In this document: positions 9,819-18,777 of the stretch, in pieces
Layout: each line of letters begins with the position of its first letter
Position numbering within the stretch: the first letter of the stretch is position 1
Assembly (NCBI GenBank): GCA_024638655.1
Contig: JAHEJW010000015.1
Coordinates: 8,195 to 72,194, forward strand
From: a bacterium
GTDB lineage: Bacteria; Actinomycetota; Acidimicrobiia; Spongiisociales; ZC4RG35
DNA length: 64,000 bases
Reading direction: 5' to 3'
Translations under genes and position numbers: made by a program
Notes under the pieces: generated by a model
Database searches by the model: none
What the model was told of the DNA's origin: nothing
What the model saw: the letters and a program-made list of their open reading frames with translations, nothing else

Positions 9819-10946
9819 ATGATCGCCGCTTTCACCTTCACTTGGTTCTTCGCGGCCTGTCTATGGACCATCAACGCCTTGCGAAGGCCAGTCCCGCCCC
9901 ATGGGCGCATGCCTCCGTTGTGGCTGCCCGGGATGTTGATCTCCGAGCTCGCACCCATCTACTTCATCGTCAGGGCCCTCATCGCCCTGGGGTTTGTCGC
10001 CCTTGGCGCCCTCGACGACCCTGTTGGTCGAGCTGGACTTGGCCTCTTCGCGCTCTCCGAGATCGGTCTCATCGTCTTGATGGCGCGGTCGATCCGATCC
10101 GCCAAGGCCACCGGCCACTCGCCGTCGGTTCTGACCCTGCCGAAGGTCTATGAGAGACGCCCGCAAGGAGTGCGATTGGAGACCGAGGTGCACTATTGGA
10201 ACGGTCTGACCCTGGACGTCTATTCGCAGAGCGATGTTGAGCAGGCCCCTGCCCTGATCTACGTCCACCCTGGCTCGTGGATGCGGGGGCGCCCGGGGAG
10301 ACAAGCCAGGGCGCTGTTCCACCGCCTCTCCCGACTCGGTTGGGTGATCCTCGACATCAGATACCCACTTTCCCCTGCAGCGACCTTTCCCGAGCATCTC
10401 ATAGGTGTGAAGCGGGCTATCACCTGGGCGCGTTCGGATGGGCTGGAGCGCGGGATCGATCCGAACCGGATCGCGATCTCAGGAGGCAGCTCGGGGGCGC
10501 ACCTGGCCGCTCTGGCCGCTCTCACCTCGGACCACCCCGACCTCCAGCCGGGTTTCGAAGACGCTGACACGAGTGTTATGGCGTGTCTTCCGTTTTACGG
10601 GATCTACGACCTGCTGGTGCGCAACCCAACGCGGTATGACTGGCCCTTCATCGCACGCTATGTCATCAAGGCCCGGCTCGATGAGCGGCCCGACCTTTAC
10701 CGGCTGGGATCTCCCATCGATCAGGTTCGCACGGACGCCCCTCCCTTCTTCGTCCTTCACGGCGAATTCGACTCGATCGTCCTGGCTGACGAATCCCGTC
10801 ATTTCGTGGACGCTCTGCAGTCAGCGGGGGCAGGCGCCTCCTATCACGAAGTGCTTGGTGCCCAGCATGGCTTCGACGCAGTGGCGTCGATCCGGTCTCG
10901 TGCTATCGCCGACCTTTGCGTGGCCTGGCTTGCCCAACTCGAGTGA
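9819..10946 (+). CDS. membrane-anchored alpha/beta hydrolase (esterase/lipase type)
   Basis: N-terminal helices, oxyanion-type motif YVHPGSWMRG, nucleophile elbow GGSSGAHLA, C-terminal HGEFD..GAQHGF. Confidence 0.8.
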   Translation: MIAAFTFTWFFAACLWTINALRRPVPPHGRMPPLWLPGMLISELAPIYFIVRALIALGFVALGALDDPVGRAGLGLFALSEIGLIVLMARSIRSAKATGHSPSVLTLPKVYERRPQGVRLETEVHYWNGLTLDVYSQSDVEQAPALIYVHPGSWMRGRPGRQARALFHRLSRLGWVILDIRYPLSPAATFPEHLIGVKRAITWARSDGLERGIDPNRIAISGGSSGAHLAALAALTSDHPDLQPGFEDADTSVMACLPFYGIYDLLVRNPTRYDWPFIARYVIKARLDERPDLYRLGSPIDQVRTDAPPFFVLHGEFDSIVLADESRHFVDALQSAGAGASYHEVLGAQHGFDAVASIRSRAIADLCVAWLAQLE

Positions 10947-10960
10947 GGGCAATCCCCTCA

Positions 10961-11338
10961 TCAAAGGCCGAGTTGTGTGAGGCGAACTTGGACCAGTCTT
11001 GCCACGAGTTCTGGGGGCAATGGCTGGTCGATCGGGAATCGCAGGGTCCCTTTGTCCCAATCGTAGGCGTCGAGCTCGGCCTCCAACTCCGTCAGCACCC
11101 GCCCTGAGTGCGGGAAGTAGCTGCAGTGGTTCTTGAAATGGGCGTACCCGGCGATCGCCTTGCCAGACATCTTGAAAGCAGGCACGTTGTAGGAGATCGT
11201 CTCTGTGGCCTCAGGCAGCAAATTCCTCAGCGTCTTCCTCAGTGCCTTCAGGGTGCTGCGATGAGGCTCCGGGGCAGCCTCCAAGTATTCGTCTACGGTC
11301 ACGTCCGCTCGGCTCTCATCTCGGCGGGTTTCTACCAC
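10961..11338 (-). CDS. DUF1801 (YdhG-like) domain protein
   Basis: VDEYLEAAPEPHRSTLKALRKTLRNLLPEATETISYNVPAFK...HCSYFPHSG matches the DUF1801 pattern. GTG start. Confidence 0.7.
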   Translation of the reverse strand: MVETRRDESRADVTVDEYLEAAPEPHRSTLKALRKTLRNLLPEATETISYNVPAFKMSGKAIAGYAHFKNHCSYFPHSGRVLTELEAELDAYDWDKGTLRFPIDQPLPPELVARLVQVRLTQLGL

Positions 11339-12313
11339 CTACCCGCTTTGTGAGCCTCCCGCGGGGCGCAGGGGCCGGCGCGCACTCGCCTCCTGCTTGA
11401 AAAGGCCATCCGGGATCTGGGCTCCGCTGCGGGTCAGGGCGAGCCGCCAGGTGGGTGAGTATCCGAGAGCCCATCTGAGGCCGGAGACGGCAGCGCTCCC
11501 GATGGCCATGCCTCCCGGCGGTCTTTCTAGGCCGAGTATGTCGAGGAGCCGATCGGGCAGGGTCACGAGTGCCGCGTTCCGGAGGATCTTGTACCCGAGC
11601 TTGAGGGGTGGCTCGAGAGGCGGGTCCGTGAGGAACGCAACTGCTTCGGACATCTCGGGAGAGGGTCCGATATCGGGATGGTCCTCGATCCACGCCGAGA
11701 GGCCTTCTTTCGTGATCGGCATCGGGTCTGCATCGAGCAGCGCCCCGACCCTGGTCTGCTCCATGACGAACAGGTCGGCTTCCTCAGGAGTGAGTTCGAT
11801 CCCGCCATAGACAAGGTGTGCAGTCAGGAAGGACTCGGTCAGGGCATTGTGGACCCAGGCCGAGAAGCCCGGGTCGGTCGCATCGTAAGGGACCCCCCTG
11901 CTGGACACGCCTGAGACGAAGCGATGGATTCTGCGCACCCTTTCGACCGCTGTCTGCACCTCGGGCATGGCTCCGTAGGTCGTGGCGGTCACATACGCTG
12001 AGGTGCGAGACAGCCGGCCAAGCGGATCCTCCTGGTACCGGGAGTGGTCTCCGACGCCTGCTACCACCTCCGGGTGGGCCGCTTGGATGAGTAGACCGCG
12101 AATGCCTCCGACGAAGGCAGCCACGTCGCCGATCACACTCCAGGACACCGAACCAGGCCCGAGCAGGCCAGCATCTCCCTGGTACTCCAGGGTGGAAGCA
12201 AGTGGATATGGCGCATGGCTGAACGGCGACGTTGCCGAGGCGACAACCCGACGCCTGAGGCCATCGATGAGATCCTGAGCCGAGGCAACGACCGAGGACA
12301 TGCGCTCCACCAT
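11339..12313 (-). CDS. MpaB/DUF2236 family oxygenase
   Basis: GGIRGLLIQAAHPEVVAGVGDHSRYQEDPLGRLSRTSAYV is characteristic of DUF2236. Immediately abuts DUF1801 and overlaps the upstream anti-sigma stop. Confidence 0.72.
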   Translation of the reverse strand: MVERMSSVVASAQDLIDGLRRRVVASATSPFSHAPYPLASTLEYQGDAGLLGPGSVSWSVIGDVAAFVGGIRGLLIQAAHPEVVAGVGDHSRYQEDPLGRLSRTSAYVTATTYGAMPEVQTAVERVRRIHRFVSGVSSRGVPYDATDPGFSAWVHNALTESFLTAHLVYGGIELTPEEADLFVMEQTRVGALLDADPMPITKEGLSAWIEDHPDIGPSPEMSEAVAFLTDPPLEPPLKLGYKILRNAALVTLPDRLLDILGLERPPGGMAIGSAAVSGLRWALGYSPTWRLALTRSGAQIPDGLFKQEASARRPLRPAGGSQSG

Positions 12314-13017
12314 CAGAAGTCCGTTGTGACAGAGACCACGTCGCCCTCACTGGAAACCACGCCACCAGCTACCTCGCGGGTGAGCGCTAGGCCGGTGACT
12401 TCACCTGACCATGTGAACACGGATGGTCCCGGGCTGCTGCCGAGCACACCGGCGGAGATGACCGCCTCCTCGGCGTTGATGACCCACAGCTGGTAGGTGC
12501 GAGCATCGCCCAGCGACTCGAGCTCATCGGTAGGGATGACGAATCCCTGACCTTCAGTCGTCAGAACCAAACGGGCGACGCTCTTGTCGTCGACCAGGAA
12601 ATCGGTCACAACGGATCCGGGTCGTCCGGCGGCCTCGCTTGCTGCGGCGACTACGTCGTCTTCGCCGATGCCATCGTCTTCGACTACTCGGGAGAAAACA
12701 GCGCCTGCGAAGACGAGAGCTATGGCCGCCGCCACGGAGAGAAGTCCCGTGGTGAACTTGCGGGACCGGCGTTCCGCGAGATCGACGACCTGCAATTCCC
12801 GAGGCTCGGCTATCTGCAAAGAGACCCGCTCCCAGATAGCCGAAGGTGGTTCCTGTCGTCCATCCAGTGCGGCGGCAGTGGTCAGGTGAACGCTCAACTC
12901 GTCAAAACACTCGGGGCAACTGTCGAGGTGCGCTTCGACACCACGCGCTTCGTCCGGCGTCAGGGCGCCCAGGGCATAGATCGGAATCAGCTCTCGTAGC
13001 TGTTCGTGCTCAGTCAT
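12313..13017 (-). CDS. anti-sigma-K factor RskA-like (zinc anti-sigma N-domain, TM helix, RskA C-domain), no cognate sigma gene adjacent
   Basis: H-x3-C-x2-C motif (HLDSCPEC), central helix LLSVAAAIALVFAGAVF, C-terminal YQLWVINAEEAVISAGVLG. Confidence 0.8.
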   Translation of the reverse strand: MTEHEQLRELIPIYALGALTPDEARGVEAHLDSCPECFDELSVHLTTAAALDGRQEPPSAIWERVSLQIAEPRELQVVDLAERRSRKFTTGLLSVAAAIALVFAGAVFSRVVEDDGIGEDDVVAAASEAAGRPGSVVTDFLVDDKSVARLVLTTEGQGFVIPTDELESLGDARTYQLWVINAEEAVISAGVLGSSPGPSVFTWSGEVTGLALTREVAGGVVSSEGDVVSVTTDF

Positions 13018-13299
13018 CGCCCGTCCCGAAATCGCACGGGAAGCCCATACTCCACCAAGAGGCGGTGCTCGGCCTCCCCTGTGTTTTTCAGGTGTTCGAT
13101 GGTCACTGGATCTCCGTGTTTCAGTATCCGCTAGCTAGCGGGCCTGACACTCTTGGCCGTGAGGGACCGGTGATCTTGGCGGCCGCTCCGGCTTGGTGAC
13201 TTCCCATGAGCTCGGATGAATTCACAGTGTGTTCGTTCCGATAGCCGGTCGCGGATTACCGATCGTGTGACGGATTCTCCCGACGTCTAACGTCACAGG

Positions 13300-13632
13300 A
13301 TGGGATCGTTCCACTACACCGCTGCTGAATATGCGGATCTGGCCCGGCGCAACCCGGACGAGCCCTATTCGATCGCACTCTCCCGCGGAACACTCGAGCT
13401 CGGCTTCTACTCTCCAATCGAGGTCGATCACCAAGAGCCCCACGACCAGGACGAGGTCTATGTCGTCCTGGAAGGCAGGGGCAGGTTCCTAAACGGGGAC
13501 ACCGTCACAGAGTTCGGCCCAGGAGACGCTCTCTTCGTGCCCGCCGGGCTTGAACACCGGTTTCTCGACTTCAGCGACGACACCGAGATGTGGGTTGTCT
13601 TCTATGGGCCCGCAGGTGGTGAGGGCGACTGA
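13300..13632 (+). CDS. cupin domain protein
   Basis: 110 aa with EPHDQDEVYVVLEGRGRF and GDALFVPAGLEHRF, the two cupin motifs. Confidence 0.7.
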   Translation: MGSFHYTAAEYADLARRNPDEPYSIALSRGTLELGFYSPIEVDHQEPHDQDEVYVVLEGRGRFLNGDTVTEFGPGDALFVPAGLEHRFLDFSDDTEMWVVFYGPAGGEGD

Positions 13633-13703
13633 CCGGTCGGAACATGAGGTGATCTTCTCCCCAGCCTGCCAATCGCGAATATGGCTGGTTCTAATCTGAC
13701 CCC

Positions 13704-14684
13704 ATGGCAGCGCACCTGATGGGCTTTGGCCGCTACGCGCCCGAGCGAATCATCACCAATGACGACTGGGCAGCCCGGGTCGACACGTCTGACGAATGGA
13801 TCACTCAGCGTACGGGAATCAAGAGACGGAGATTCGCAGACGACGACGAGTCGACGATGACGATGGCTGTCGCTGCCGCCGAGCATGCGCTGAAAGATGC
13901 CGATCTAGTGGCAGGTGACATCGATGAGATCATCGTTGCCACCGACACACCCGAGATGATGACGCCGGACACGGCCGCCCTGGTCCAACACCAGTTGGGA
14001 TGTGGGAACATCCCGACGTACGACCTCGGCGGTAGTGGGTGCGCTGGGTTTGTGCAGGCCCTGGATGTCGCCAAGGCTCGTATCACCGTCGCACCCAAAA
14101 CAGTTCTCGTGATCGGGGTGGAGCTCATTTCGAGAATGATCTCCCTCGATGATCGAGCTACCGCTGTTCTATTCGGAGATGCTGCCGGAGCGGTGGTGGC
14201 CGGACCGAGTGCCGCCCGCGCCGAGGTGCTCGAAGTGATATCGGGGACCGACGGCGCGCATGCCGAGATCCTCACCCTCGCCGCCGGAGGAACCCGAAAC
14301 CCGTTCAACTCCGGGAGCCTGGAAAGTGGTGACTACAACCGCTTGGTGATGGATGGCCGGAAGGTGTTCGTGGAGGCGGTCAGGAGGATGAGCGAGGCAT
14401 CGGTCGAGGTGCTGGACCGGATTGGGAAGACAACCTCGGACGTCGCCCTCGTCATTCCCCATCAGGCGAACAAGAGGATCATCGACGCCGTCCGCAAGCA
14501 GTTGGGATTGGCCGACGAACGGGTGTACGTCAATGTGCACGAGTACGGCAACACTGGCTCGGCAACAGTGCCGTTTGCTTTGTCTGAGGCCGTGGATGAG
14601 GGACGAATCGGGCCGGGAGACCTCGTCCTGCTGACTGCTTTTGGCGCCGGTTTCCATTGGGCGGCAGCTGCGATTCAGTTCTGA
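13704..14684 (+). CDS. fabH: 3-oxoacyl-ACP synthase III
   Basis: 326 aa of canonical length. GRYAPERIITNDD...TSDEWITQRTGI, active-site contexts GSGCAGFVQAL, IPHQANKRII and YGNTGSATVPFAL. Confidence 0.9.
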   Translation: MAAHLMGFGRYAPERIITNDDWAARVDTSDEWITQRTGIKRRRFADDDESTMTMAVAAAEHALKDADLVAGDIDEIIVATDTPEMMTPDTAALVQHQLGCGNIPTYDLGGSGCAGFVQALDVAKARITVAPKTVLVIGVELISRMISLDDRATAVLFGDAAGAVVAGPSAARAEVLEVISGTDGAHAEILTLAAGGTRNPFNSGSLESGDYNRLVMDGRKVFVEAVRRMSEASVEVLDRIGKTTSDVALVIPHQANKRIIDAVRKQLGLADERVYVNVHEYGNTGSATVPFALSEAVDEGRIGPGDLVLLTAFGAGFHWAAAAIQF

Positions 14685-15814
14685 AGCCCTTCGACGAACG
14701 CCTCCAGCGTCTTCTCATAGCGGTCCGGGTTGGCATTCCAGCTCATCACGTGACCAGCCGCCTGGACCTCTTCGAGGAGGACGAGATCCGGCAGCCGCGC
14801 CTCCAATTGGCGACTTATCGCGATAGGCACCCTCTGATCTGAGCTGCCGTGGAACACCAGTGTGGGCACTCCGATGATGTCCTCTGCTCGCTGGACGTAG
14901 TTCGTCCGGTCCCAGTCGATGCTCCAGCGCATATCCGCAATCCACATTCCGAACTCGATGAGAAGCGGGCTGACGCTCACGCCCAAGCCGGGTACCTTCA
15001 AGTCCCTCGACCCATGCCTGACGGTCTCGGCCAGGACCACGTTCGGTGCGTCGAACACCAGACCCGTCACCCGTTCTGACAGGGTCGACTGCTCGAGAAA
15101 CGACATGATGTGGGCTGCGCCGGTGCTGTAACCGATGCAGATGACCTTCGCGGCTCCACGATCCATGGCATGCGCCACGGCCGATTCGACGTCCTCCCAC
15201 TCGTGGAGGCCAAACCGGTAGTGGCCACTCGGGTCCGTTGGAGCTCCCAGATCGTTGCGATAGTCGATGACCATGGAGGTCACGCTCTGCCGATGCATGG
15301 GCCGTAGAAGTCGGATTGCTTCGCGCCGGTTGGCCGTCCAGCCGTGGACATGAACCGCCCAGGTGTCGCCACTCGCCGGAACGATCCACGCCCCCATCGG
15401 GCCGAGAGGGCTCCCGTACTCGGTCTCATCGAACTCGAGCCCCACGTCGCCGGGATCATTCGGAAAGGCGTATCCCTCGGGGTACACCTGGGGACAGTCT
15501 GCGACGGGAGCGGTCGGACAGACAGGTGGCCGCTCACCCTCGACCAGGTCGAAAAGCCGGGTCACCTGGTGTGGCGTGACCTCGGTCAGTTCGCCCATCT
15601 GGCCGTACCCATTTGCCCAGCGAAGTCCGATGACCCCCGGGTGCCCAACCTCCTGACGAGCCTCGGCCGCCTGGACAGTGATGACGCCGTCTGCGAGAGC
15701 GCGAACCGCCAGGCCTTCTCCGGGTTCGGGCTCTTGGATGCGAAGAGCGCTGTCGCGGAGCCCGTTCGCCAGGACCCATCCAAACGCCAGATGTCCCGTG
15801 ACCACGATGAGCAC
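14675..15814 (-). CDS. membrane-anchored alpha/beta hydrolase
   Basis: HVHGWTANRRE, nucleophile elbow IGYSTGAAH, C-terminal FHGSSDQRVP...AGHVMSW. The N-terminal helix appears to extend upstream of the first canonical start (see findings). Confidence 0.72.
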   Translation of the reverse strand: MLIVVTGHLAFGWVLANGLRDSALRIQEPEPGEGLAVRALADGVITVQAAEARQEVGHPGVIGLRWANGYGQMGELTEVTPHQVTRLFDLVEGERPPVCPTAPVADCPQVYPEGYAFPNDPGDVGLEFDETEYGSPLGPMGAWIVPASGDTWAVHVHGWTANRREAIRLLRPMHRQSVTSMVIDYRNDLGAPTDPSGHYRFGLHEWEDVESAVAHAMDRGAAKVICIGYSTGAAHIMSFLEQSTLSERVTGLVFDAPNVVLAETVRHGSRDLKVPGLGVSVSPLLIEFGMWIADMRWSIDWDRTNYVQRAEDIIGVPTLVFHGSSDQRVPIAISRQLEARLPDLVLLEEVQAAGHVMSWNANPDRYEKTLEAFVEGLQN

Positions 15815-16111
15815 GCCGACGGCGAGTGCTATCAGGAAGGCGATCGCGGCACCTCGGCCATCACATGAGGTGGATAGGTATGGATCACAACCGCCGTCGG
15901 GAGCATCGAGATCAACCCGAGGAACGGTTTCAGCATATGTGCAAAATAGCGGTCACGCACACGTTGCCTGCTCGAGGCAGACGGGGGCCGCTCGTTTGTG
16001 GCCCTCCTCTGCGGTCCCCGTCGTCCCGGAGAGGCGTCGCATGTCCTCCACGAAAGACTCCCTTGCCCCACCGGACGCATCGGTATTCACCCCACCTCAC
16101 GAGGGAGGCCT

Positions 16112-16166
16112 CTGCGTTGGGTCCCGGACCCAACGCAGAACGGCCACCGTTAGCCGGTGGCCGTTC
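16112..16166 (-). terminator. two abutting perfect palindromes (possible tandem terminators)
   Basis: ctgcgttgggtcc-c-ggacccaacgcag (13-bp arms, 16112-16138) and gaacggccaccg-ttagc-cggtggccgttc (12-bp arms, 16138-16166). They lie 35 nt downstream of the small membrane ORF stop on the minus strand. No U-tract. Confidence 0.45.
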
Positions 16167-16200
16167 GTCATGCGTCCCTTATCGGATGGTGGAGGAGGTA

Positions 16201-16473
16201 CTACCCGAGGCGCATGAGGAGTGGGATGACGATGAGATTGGCAGCGACCGTCGTGAGTCGTGCCAGGTTGGGATCCCGCGCGGCGCGAGTCGAGGTGGCT
16301 GCCAGGGACACCCCGGCCAAGACGAGGATCCACGACGCCCCGCCGACCATCATCGACGCCAACATGAGGGTGAGCGCGGCGGTGATCACCCCAAGGATGG
16401 CGATGGTCCAGCGGGCAACCTTTCCGAAAGTCGTCAGGTGCCAGTCGTCGAGAGCGGAAACAAGTGATGTCAT
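16201..16473 (-). CDS. small hypothetical membrane protein (90 aa)
   Basis: Third codon positions are mostly G/C. Predicted helices WTIAILGVITAALTLMLASMMVGGASWILVLAGVSLAA and TTVAANLIVIPLLM. No family recognised and no clear SD. Confidence 0.45.
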   Translation of the reverse strand: MTSLVSALDDWHLTTFGKVARWTIAILGVITAALTLMLASMMVGGASWILVLAGVSLAATSTRAARDPNLARLTTVAANLIVIPLLMRLG

Positions 16474-16548
16474 CTCGAGAAGAGAGATCGGCAGGAACGG
16501 CTCCGATCTTTAGGGCCTGACGAGTGCCGGCTCGCCACACGACATTCC

Positions 16549-17937
16549 TCAGCCGAGGGCCGCTCTTGCCGCGTAATGGCCGCACATCCCGTGGACCCCG
16601 GCGCCGGGCGGGGTCGCAGAAGAGCAGAGGTAGACGCCCTCACCAAGCTTGTAGGGTCGTTCGTCGCCAACCTGAAGGACCTTTTTCAGCCCGTAGACCC
16701 CCCCGCCGATATCTCCTCCCACGTAGTTCGGGTTGTCGGCTTCGAATTGGGCTGAGCTCGTCGTGGCCCTGGCGATGATCAGATCGCGGAAACCAGGGGC
16801 GAACCGCTCGACCTGAGCTTCGATCCGCTCGGTCATGTCGACATCGGAGTCGTTGGGGACATGGCAGTACGCCCATACGGTGTGTTTCCCGCTCGGCGCC
16901 CGGGTGTCGTCGAACAGAGAGTGCTGGGCGAGAAGTACAAAGGGGTATTCCGGATGTTCTCCACGAAAGACCGCTGCCTCAGCGGCGCGAATCTCCTCGT
17001 AGGTGCCTCCGACGTGGACGGTCGCCGTTTGGCTGCTCAGTGGATCGTCCCAGGGGATGGGCCCGTCCAGCGCCAGGTCCACCTTGAAGACACCTGGTCC
17101 CGGCCGCCATCGGGCCAACTTCGCTCCGACGACCGCACCAATCCGCCCTTTGGCGATCACAGCCGCCGCCGGAGGCATCACGTCCAACAGTGCAATCTCC
17201 CCTGGCAACCGATCGAGGGTCTTGACGTCCCGCCCGGTCTCGATGTCCCCGCCCAGATCCACCAAATGCTTGGCGAGGCTTTCTGCGATCTTGAACGAGC
17301 CACCTCGGGCCATTGGCCATCCATGTGAGTGACCGAGAACACCCAAAAGGAGGGCCACACCGGCCGTGGTCAATCGAGTGAAGGGTGCGATTGCGTGCGC
17401 CGCCAATCCGCCCAACAGAGAGCGTGCGCCGACGGAATCGAAACGCGAGACGAGCATCGCCGCCGACATTCCTCCGATAGCCGCCACCCGGGCGAAGGTG
17501 GCTGCGTGGTCTGGCACCAGACTCAGTGGCGCCAATGTGTCGTCTACCACGGCGTCGACTCGATCGACCATCGGTTGCACCAGTCTTCGGTATTTGTCGG
17601 CATCCCGCCCCAACTGGTCGGCTGTTTCGGCAACCGAGCGATGCAGGGCAACGACTTGCCCGTTTCCCAGCGGGTGGGTGAAGGGAATGGGAGGTTGGAT
17701 CCAGTCGACGTCGAGACCGATCTCGTTGAAAAAGGGTGAAGCCACCGCCGAGGGATGAATGGCCGAACAGACGTCATGGCGGAACCCGGGGAGAGTCAGC
17801 TCTTTGGTCCGTGTTCCCCCACCGATCTCATCAGAACGCTCGACCAGTAGGACTTTGCGCCCATTTCTGGCCATCTCGACGGCAGCCGCCAGGCCATTTG
17901 GGCCCGATCCGACAACCGTCACGTCATATTCAGTCAT
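16549..17937 (-). CDS. phytoene desaturase-family NAD(P)/FAD-dependent oxidoreductase
   Basis: Dinucleotide-binding start MTEYDVTVVGSGPNGLAAAVEMARNGRKVLLVERSDEIGGG. C-terminal LCSSATPPGAGVHGMCG is typical of CrtI-like amine-oxidase-fold enzymes. Confidence 0.85.
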   Translation of the reverse strand: MTEYDVTVVGSGPNGLAAAVEMARNGRKVLLVERSDEIGGGTRTKELTLPGFRHDVCSAIHPSAVASPFFNEIGLDVDWIQPPIPFTHPLGNGQVVALHRSVAETADQLGRDADKYRRLVQPMVDRVDAVVDDTLAPLSLVPDHAATFARVAAIGGMSAAMLVSRFDSVGARSLLGGLAAHAIAPFTRLTTAGVALLLGVLGHSHGWPMARGGSFKIAESLAKHLVDLGGDIETGRDVKTLDRLPGEIALLDVMPPAAAVIAKGRIGAVVGAKLARWRPGPGVFKVDLALDGPIPWDDPLSSQTATVHVGGTYEEIRAAEAAVFRGEHPEYPFVLLAQHSLFDDTRAPSGKHTVWAYCHVPNDSDVDMTERIEAQVERFAPGFRDLIIARATTSSAQFEADNPNYVGGDIGGGVYGLKKVLQVGDERPYKLGEGVYLCSSATPPGAGVHGMCGHYAARAALG

Positions 17938-17942
17938 GCAGG

Positions 17943-18752
17943 TCAGGTTCCGCTGAACTTGGGATCCCGCTTCTCGGCGAATGCCCCCAACGCCTCCATG
18001 AGGTCGTTGGAGGTCAAAAAGGCCGAGTTCCATTGCGCGGCAAACTCGAGGCCCTGCTCGATCGTCCGCCCATCGTTTGCCTGAAGGGCTCTCTTCACCC
18101 CCTGTGTCACCAGAGGTGAGTTGGCTCCGATCTGATCGGCCAGAGCTTGTGCACCCTCGAACAATGCCTCGTGACTCTCGTATACACGTGTGACGAGGCC
18201 CGCATCGAGAGCCCAGGTGCTCGGGTAGTCGCCTCCGGTCAATGCCATCTCTGCAGTTGCCGGGAGCCCCACGATTGCAGGCAGCCGCTGAAGAGCACCG
18301 AGGTCGGCGACGATCCCCATCTTCGTCTCCCGGATCGAGAAGACGGCGTCGGCCGATGCGAAGCGGATGTCACAGGCAGAGATGAGATTGAGGCCGGCCC
18401 CGAGGCAATAGCCGTGAATAGCCGCGATCACCGGCTTGGCTGTTTCGGCGAACGAGTTGACCGTTGACTGCAGTTGCTTGATCAGCTCGAAGGTCCTCAA
18501 ATTGCCCACGGCCGGCGACGGACCGTCGGGACGGATCGAAGCAAGCAGCTCGAGGTCGATTCCCACTGAGAACGAGGAACCTCTTCCCGCGAGAACGATC
18601 ACCCTCACCTCTTCGTCCATGTCCAAATCGGCGACCGCCTCGGGTAGGTCCTTCCACAAGTCACTCGATAGGGCGTTGAGCTTGTCCGGTCTGGACAGCC
18701 AGAGAGTTCCGACGTGACCGCGCCGTTCCACTTCGAGATTCTCGTAGTACAT
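17943..18752 (-). CDS. enoyl-CoA hydratase/isomerase (crotonase) family
   Basis: VGTLWLSRPDKLNAL, FSVGIDL, IAAIHGYCLGAGLNLISACDIRF (oxyanion-hole motifs). Confidence 0.85.
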   Translation of the reverse strand: MYYENLEVERRGHVGTLWLSRPDKLNALSSDLWKDLPEAVADLDMDEEVRVIVLAGRGSSFSVGIDLELLASIRPDGPSPAVGNLRTFELIKQLQSTVNSFAETAKPVIAAIHGYCLGAGLNLISACDIRFASADAVFSIRETKMGIVADLGALQRLPAIVGLPATAEMALTGGDYPSTWALDAGLVTRVYESHEALFEGAQALADQIGANSPLVTQGVKRALQANDGRTIEQGLEFAAQWNSAFLTSNDLMEALGAFAEKRDPKFSGT

Positions 18753-18777
18753 CAGTCGAGCCTAAGTGCACCGGGCG

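Noticed and set aside
13128-13141. Perfect 14-bp palindrome CCGCTAGCTAGCGG in the intergenic region upstream of the orphan anti-sigma gene
   Set aside because: A few perfect 14-bp palindromes are expected by chance in 64 kb. There is no second copy and no adjacent regulator gene. It is noted only as a possible operator.
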